Program-made: the position numbers and the translations under genes
Shown: positions 54,084 through 59,860 of the stretch, piece after piece
How positions within the stretch are numbered: position 1 is the stretch's first letter
How the letters are laid out: each line of letters starts with the position of its first letter
DNA from: Octopus vulgaris
Taxonomy: Eukaryota
DNA: 64,000 nucleotides
Assembly (NCBI GenBank): GCA_951406725.2
Contig: OX597814.1
Coordinates: 89,032,001 to 89,096,000, forward strand
Direction of reading: 5' to 3'
Notes under the pieces: model-generated
What the model saw: the letters and a program-made list of their open reading frames with translations, nothing else
The model's database searches: none
Told to the model about the DNA's origin: nothing

Positions 54084-57000
54084 TGTATGTATGTATGTAT
54101 GTATGTATGTATGTATGTTATGTATGTACGTGTGTGTATGTACAAGTGTGTATGTACATGTGTGTATTATTGTTTCCTGGCCTTGACATCACGTGATAGT
54201 TATAAACAAATGTCACTGTCAAACCACTATCTTGCTCAGGACATTGACCTCCTGGAAATTATTCAGAGACATGCAACCAAGTGAATACCCTCCATCAGGC
54301 ATCTACATTACTCTGAATGCCTTACTTTCCTAGGCATAGATTCATTGAGCTCCAACGTCTGGCAACTGGTTTAGTAAACACCCACAAAATTATTAAGCAT
54401 TGCACCAACAACCACCTTGAGCACCTTTTTAAGCTCCATGTGTCTCACACGCATGGGCTTGCCTTCAAAGTCAGAAAACAGCATAGCTCCCATGAATTTC
54501 AAAGACGTTTTTTTCATACTCAGAGTTGCTGAAACATGGAACAAACTCACTGCATCAGTTGTTAGTTGCTGAGTCATTGTATCCTTTAAAACATCCATGC
54601 TTCCTGAAATTCGCCAACACTACACCTGATATCCCCACCTCCATACTCATGTACATATGTATATCATGATTCATACACTGTTCACTTTCCTGACTTTTGT
54701 ACATAATTCTATGTACTGTACAATTACCTTTGATGAGTTGTAGTGTACCTGAGCACTATACACAATAATTTCATTATTATTATCAATAGTGTCTGGAATT
54801 TCCTATCTTCCATGAAATCATATCTGCTCATGGGGAATATTATCTTATCTGAAACGGTGAGGTTTAGCAACAGGAAAGGCAACTGGCTGTAGAAAATCTG
54901 CCTCAACAAATTCTATCTGATCTATATCAGCCGAGAAAAACAGGACATTAATGATGATGATGATGATGAAGATAACAATGATAACAACAACAACAACAAT
55001 GACAACAACAATGGCATATATTTGAGAATCAAGATCAGTGATTCTCAACCAGGCTCAATATAACCCTTGGAGGTCCATATAAGATTTTGTTAAAATTCAT
55101 AAACAATAAACTCATCATCATCATCATCGTTTAACATCCATTTTCCATGCTAGCATGGGTTGGATGATTTGACTGAGGACTGGCGAACCAGATGGCTGCA
55201 CCAGGCTCCAATCTTGCTCTGGCAGAGTTTCTACAGCTGGATGCCCTTCCTAACGCCAACCACTCCAAGAGTGTAGTGAATGCTTTTACATGCCACTGGC
55301 ACGAGGGCCAGTCAGGCGGTACTGGCAACAGCCATGCTCAAATGGTGTTTTTACGTGCCACCGGCACAGAGCCAGTCCAACAGCACTGGCAATGACCTCG
55401 TTCGAGTGTTTTTTCATGTGCCACCGGCAAATGTGCCAGTAAGGCGACACTGGTAATGATCACGCTCAAATGGTGCTTTTTACGTGCCACCGGCACAGAA
55501 GTCAGTTAGCTGCTCTGTTTATATTTTTACAATACACAACATATTTAAACATTTTTAATACAGTTCCTAATAACATTTAATCATAAATGTATAGTTAGAG
55601 GTTTAAGACATTGAATGACTATGACAGTCCCCACTTCCTGAATAAATAGGTATCAAAGGGGTCCATAGGCAAAAAATAGTTGAGAATCGCTGCTCAAGAT
55701 GTTAGAACATTATCTTAAAGGCAAAGAAGTTTGAAGATTACACAGATAATGTCATGTTATCTTATAATAGTTTTATGTAATAACAAGTTTTGAAATAAAT
55801 ATCCGAGAGGACGAAATGCATAAAAGATCAACTTTCTAATCAAGCACCATGAGATTGTCCAAAATAAATGATGAAATAGACAATATTGTAAGAAGAGGGG
55901 GATCTTCACAAAGTTCATGTTAGCAAATCATAATCTAATACCAATTCCAAACAAAATACATGTGTAGGAAAAAGTTTTTACATCCTTCATTATATTTAAT
56001 AATAAATATTGTGATTTTCATTTTCTCATTTGAAGCATTCTTCATATCCTTGATGATTTCAAGCGTGTCCAAAACACTTCCTTTTCACAAGAATTCATTG
56101 AGGACATAGAGATTACAATGAAAGGCATTCTTGGTTTGGAAGCTGTTGACAGAATCATGGCACTTAGTGGTAAGTATTTATATTTGTTAATCTTTATCTT
56201 TAAATTCTACCTCTGTATGAAAAGTCTGGCTGCATCCGAAAAAATATATATTATGAAACAAAAGTAAACACAAAATTTATTACACGAATCTGTTACCACC
56301 ACAACAGTCAACTATTTGACGCCGAACACAAGTTTGATGTTGAATACATCCACGAATTTTCCGCTCATATAGCTCTTCCCAAGACTGCAAGACGGTTTCA
56401 TGTAATTCATGCCTCGTTGTAGGGTTTTTCAGTTCAACTTTATCAGCTAAAACTTTGAAAATGCCTTCATCTAATGGATATAAATCTGGGCTTTGAGGCG
56501 GTTGCAATAAAAGTTGCACTGTCAGGTGATGAGCCATTACTTCGGCAATAGAAGCATCCAAATTGTTGACAATATGTGGTCTCACATTGTTCATTTGCAA
56601 TATGCGGATCCCATGTTCTTCACAGGCTGGTAAAATATCAACATCCAGTGTACGGCATGTGTAAACATGTGTTGAATAGAACTCACTGAATAAATCTTAA
56701 TTAACTGTGTTGTCAATTGTATGCACCTGACATATGCTAACGTGTATGCAGCCAGACTTTTCACACAGAGGATAAAGATTAAACATTAATAAGTTCTCTT
56801 GACTCAAGTGGATGGACAAATAAAAACTACTTCATAAATGACTTGTTTAATTTATTCATAGTAACAGAAATAAAATTGTCTTAAAAAGCAGTCATCTTCA
56901 ACTTGCTTTCAAAAGGCAAATGATATATCTAAAACAAGTGCACTAGAGGATTATAAAACAATAATTTAAAGTAGCTCTTGTTGTTTACATTATTTTCCCT

Positions 57001-59828
57001 ATAAATGCAAGAAAGGATTTCAAATTCTATTCCCTCTTGATTACATTTTCTGAATTCTATTATTTTAATTTCAAGATGTTCTATCTTTTGAAGAAATTCT
57101 TCAGTAACATTGAAAATAATGCTTAATATTTGTAGCTGTATTCCGAAACTTCTTGAAATCACCGGATGTTGTACGAGACTATTTGATGAATAACTTAAAC
57201 TTACCACATGAAATCTCAGATGCACTGATTAATTCCACAGTTTCTCTGGCTCAGGTTAGTTATTCTTCAGACTACCATTATTGGGCATGACTTTCAGCTG
57301 TTGGCTATTTGCTTTTCCTTTCAGAAATTCTCCAATATTAGATATTGGTTTCAAATTTTGGTACAAGGCCAGCAGGTTCAGGGACAGGGATAAGTTGATT
57401 ATATCAGCTCCAGTGCTCAACAACTACTTATTTTATCAACCCCAAAACGATGAAAGGCAAAATCAGCCTCAGCAGAATTTGATCTCAGAATGTATTTAAT
57501 CTTTAAATATGGATAACTTTTTTTACTGAAGTGTTTTAATTTTTTTCAAACTACTTTTGCTCTTTTAATGAATTTGTAAGAATTTTAAAGTAACTAAATT
57601 TCATTGGACATGAAAAAAGTAGTCGAATTTTACTTTCATTTTTAATTCTAAGTTAAGATTGAATGAAAAATGTTGGATTGAAACAAGCTGAAAAAATAAG
57701 TATATATATATATTCTTCATAAGATCTTAGTTTACACATGTAATTGTGCATTCTCTTTCAGTTCATTAATTTCCGAAGCAACTCTGTCAAAGAACTAATG
57801 TGCAAGAACATCAGCCGCATTATAACTTTGTCAAATAACACCAATGTTACATACCAGGAAATTAGTAATCATTTATGTCATCTGAACACTAAAACTATCT
57901 ACAACCTAACACAACTCATCATGGAACAATTAAATATTGGTGAATTTGTTAAACAGGTATGGCCAAAAGCATTTCTGATTTTGAGAAACATTTTATTTAA
58001 CTACAATAAATGCAAACAGCAAATTATATAAAATTTTGTAGAAATTCAGTTATACTTCTAATGTCTTCATTAATGAGATAAATTGCATACTATGAACATG
58101 GAAACTAAATATATTGAACATTATATAGTAAGCTTAAACATGGTTTATAAATTAAATGACATAAATATATGAATATATGAAATGTATGCAAATACTAAAA
58201 AATAAATAACAATGAGATTTAAAACGAACAGGTGAAGCTCATTTTTTTACATTTGTTTTTAATCTAATCAATATACTGAGATAACAATCAAATCTTATGC
58301 TCTAAAAATGTTGAAGTACTAAAGAGTAACAACCAGTTTTCATATGGTAGGCTGCTGATCTCACTTTTTCAGTGTTCTCCCTGTTGTTATGCCAGGTTAC
58401 ATGCCACTGCCTTGATGTAGTGCTGGTATTTCTGACAAAAATATAACATGATGAATGATATTATAAAGCATTTATAACAAATTTTACTGACTAGATTGCA
58501 AGTAAGCAAATTAAAACCTTAATTACCATTTCATCAATTTTGCCAAGCATATGGTATATACCTAGCCAACAGAATACATGCAAAATATGTGTGAATGTGT
58601 GTGTGGTGTGTGAGTGAATTTTCTTTAATCTTGAAATTTTAAACAGACCAAATCTATCAGAATGAAATGACATGTCATCAAAAATATTATATTTTAATAA
58701 TATAGAAGGGGTAATGTTCTTTTTCAGTATGTCTTACTACGTGCTTCAACTTTGCTGAAATCAACCAACATAACAGTACCAATTGCAAAAGAAACATTTT
58801 CACAAATGTCCAGGACCAGTGCACTTGTAAGAGGAGTCGGAACAGCATTCAACGATAATGAAATATATAAAGTATTCTCTAACTTTGACTCATCTGAAGG
58901 CGGTATGTTTATGTTATTTCCTGGGGGATGGGAATTTTTTAATGCTTAAAAATAAAATGGTTTCATACATCATCATAAGGTCTCAGAATGTAGGAGTAGA
59001 TGTATTATTGATTGAATAAACCCAGTACAAGATTGCTACATATCTCACTTGGGAGGAATGGAAACCAATATCAGCTAAGCAGTTTTTACTTAGGATACAA
59101 CTAAATATGAAATAGAAAAAATTTTAGTGTATTCTGTCACCAAAACAAGCATAGCTAGTTATGATCCAATCCCCCATACTGTAAACAATGCTTCTTCTGT
59201 AAGTAGTAGCAGAAGCAAGTACTCTGAAAGTTTTTTATATGTTTTGAGATTTTTTAAGTTCAACTCCTGATAATTTTTTTTTTATTTATCTAGTTTCAGC
59301 TCACAAGCTGTGGCCATGCTGGGGCAAGGCATTAATTTTTTTTCTATTTTTTTAGGGTCCGTAAAATAACTAGCTAGCATAAAAATAACTAGATCCAGTT
59401 TACAGTTTGTAGCATACTGGGTCAATTGAGTTGCTTGTACATCCTTCTTCAAATACGTATTTAAAATGCTCTTCATAAACCCAAACTTTCTTAAAATAAC
59501 TATCATTGTGATCTCATCTCGCTCTTTCTTAAAGATCTGAGCAAGCTTAAAGAGCTTGTACCTCTTATGTGTGGTCGAAATGCTTCTCTTATGTTGGATG
59601 CCGAGGGTGGCCTCAGCATTTTCAGCTCAGCAAATGAAATCAAAGGAAAAGACGGACTCAGTAAATCACAACGGCGTGAATACAACTCTCTACCAAGTAA
59701 GTAACACTAGCTAATAATATCAGGTAATGTAAAACACTATTTAAATACAAAGAAAAATACCACAGCCAAGAATGAATTTCAGAATTGTGTGTGCATTTAT
59801 ATATGCATGTGCGTGCATGCGTGTGTGT

Positions 59829-59860
<32 letters not shown>

